DNA of 62,169 bases, filler included, from Sphacelaria rigidula (taxonomy: Eukaryota), in assembly GCA_964200075.2 (NCBI GenBank). It is 4 parts of 4 records of this genome, joined end to end, with 100 filler letters (N's around TTAATTAATTAA, not from the genome) between each part and the next. Parts side by side here need not be neighbours in the genome. Positions count along the whole stretch, not along the records: positions 46,707 to 62,169 come from CAXNAA020001735.1; 3 more parts are not named here. One strand, 5' to 3'. The notes below the pieces were generated by a model that worked only from the letters and a program-made list of their open reading frames with translations, was not told the origin of the DNA and did no database searches. The number at the start of each line of letters is the position of its first letter. Positions within the stretch are counted from its first letter, which is position 1. Shown here piece by piece: positions 61,701 through 62,169 of this stretch. Position numbers and translations under genes: made by a program.

Positions 61701-61992
61701 GTGGAATGGGCAGGGGGGGCAAACCAAGGGCATCCGGAGCTGGTTGATGTGGGTTGGGACATGACATAATATGCCCCTTTTCTTTCCTTTCTGAGGCCGT
61801 TGCTTCTGTCGTTTTTCTGTTCCTTTATTTCTTATTTCTTTTTGGTATTCCTGTAAATATGGAAGGCCGTCGACGCCACTATGGAAGGGATAAGCCCCTT
61901 CGTAGGTTCTACAAGGCGTTGGTCTCTTCTTCAGCGGTTTGGTGCGGAGTACACACCGGGTTGTGCCGTTTGTGGGCGAGCCAGCTGGGCTG

Positions 61993-62103
61993 AATTTGCA
62001 TAGCAAAGATGCCCCGCGTTTATCCGAGGAATGTCACCCGGTGTGTACTCCGCACCAAAAAAATTTGCATAGCAAAGATGCCCCGCGTTTATCCGAGGAA
62101 TGT
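61993..62103. repeat. ~41-bp direct repeat at the contig end
   Basis: aatttgcatagcaaagatgccccgcgtttatccgaggaatgt occurs twice. Confidence 0.85.
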
Positions 62104-62169
62104 TCCTTCAGGGGTATTCCTCCGAGGTATTCCTCCGAGGAATTCCAGGAACGGTTCTGACTCTATCTG

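Overview
Eukaryotic, intron-rich, repeat-rich DNA, most consistent with a brown alga (inferred from kb-scale introns, 72-nt single-LRR exons and a DIRS/Ngaro element). The window is not one locus. It is four contigs (1-15472, 15573-31040, 31141-46606, 46707-62169; lengths 15472, 15468, 15466, 15463) joined by N44-TTAATTAATTAA-N44 spacers, so adjacency across spacers means nothing. Contig 1 has a fimbrin-type CH exon, two diverged glutamate-synthase exons and IQ-like exons, all on + with compatible splice phases (possible chimeric or decaying gene). Contig 2 has the genes for both subunits of F-actin capping protein (alpha on -, beta on +) arranged head-to-head, probably sharing a short bidirectional promoter; both 3' ends are missing from the contig. 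Contig 3 has a degenerate tyrosine-recombinase retrotransposon (DIRS/Ngaro), microsatellites and tandem duplications. Contig 4 has an LRR gene built from tandem intron+72-nt-exon cassettes whose variation is concentrated in ligand-facing residues, plus a possible heavily decayed RecQ-type helicase. Short dispersed repeats ending in GAGTAC(A/G)+poly(C), some with target-site duplications, recur across contigs. All protein calls come from motif recognition by eye; no searches were run.
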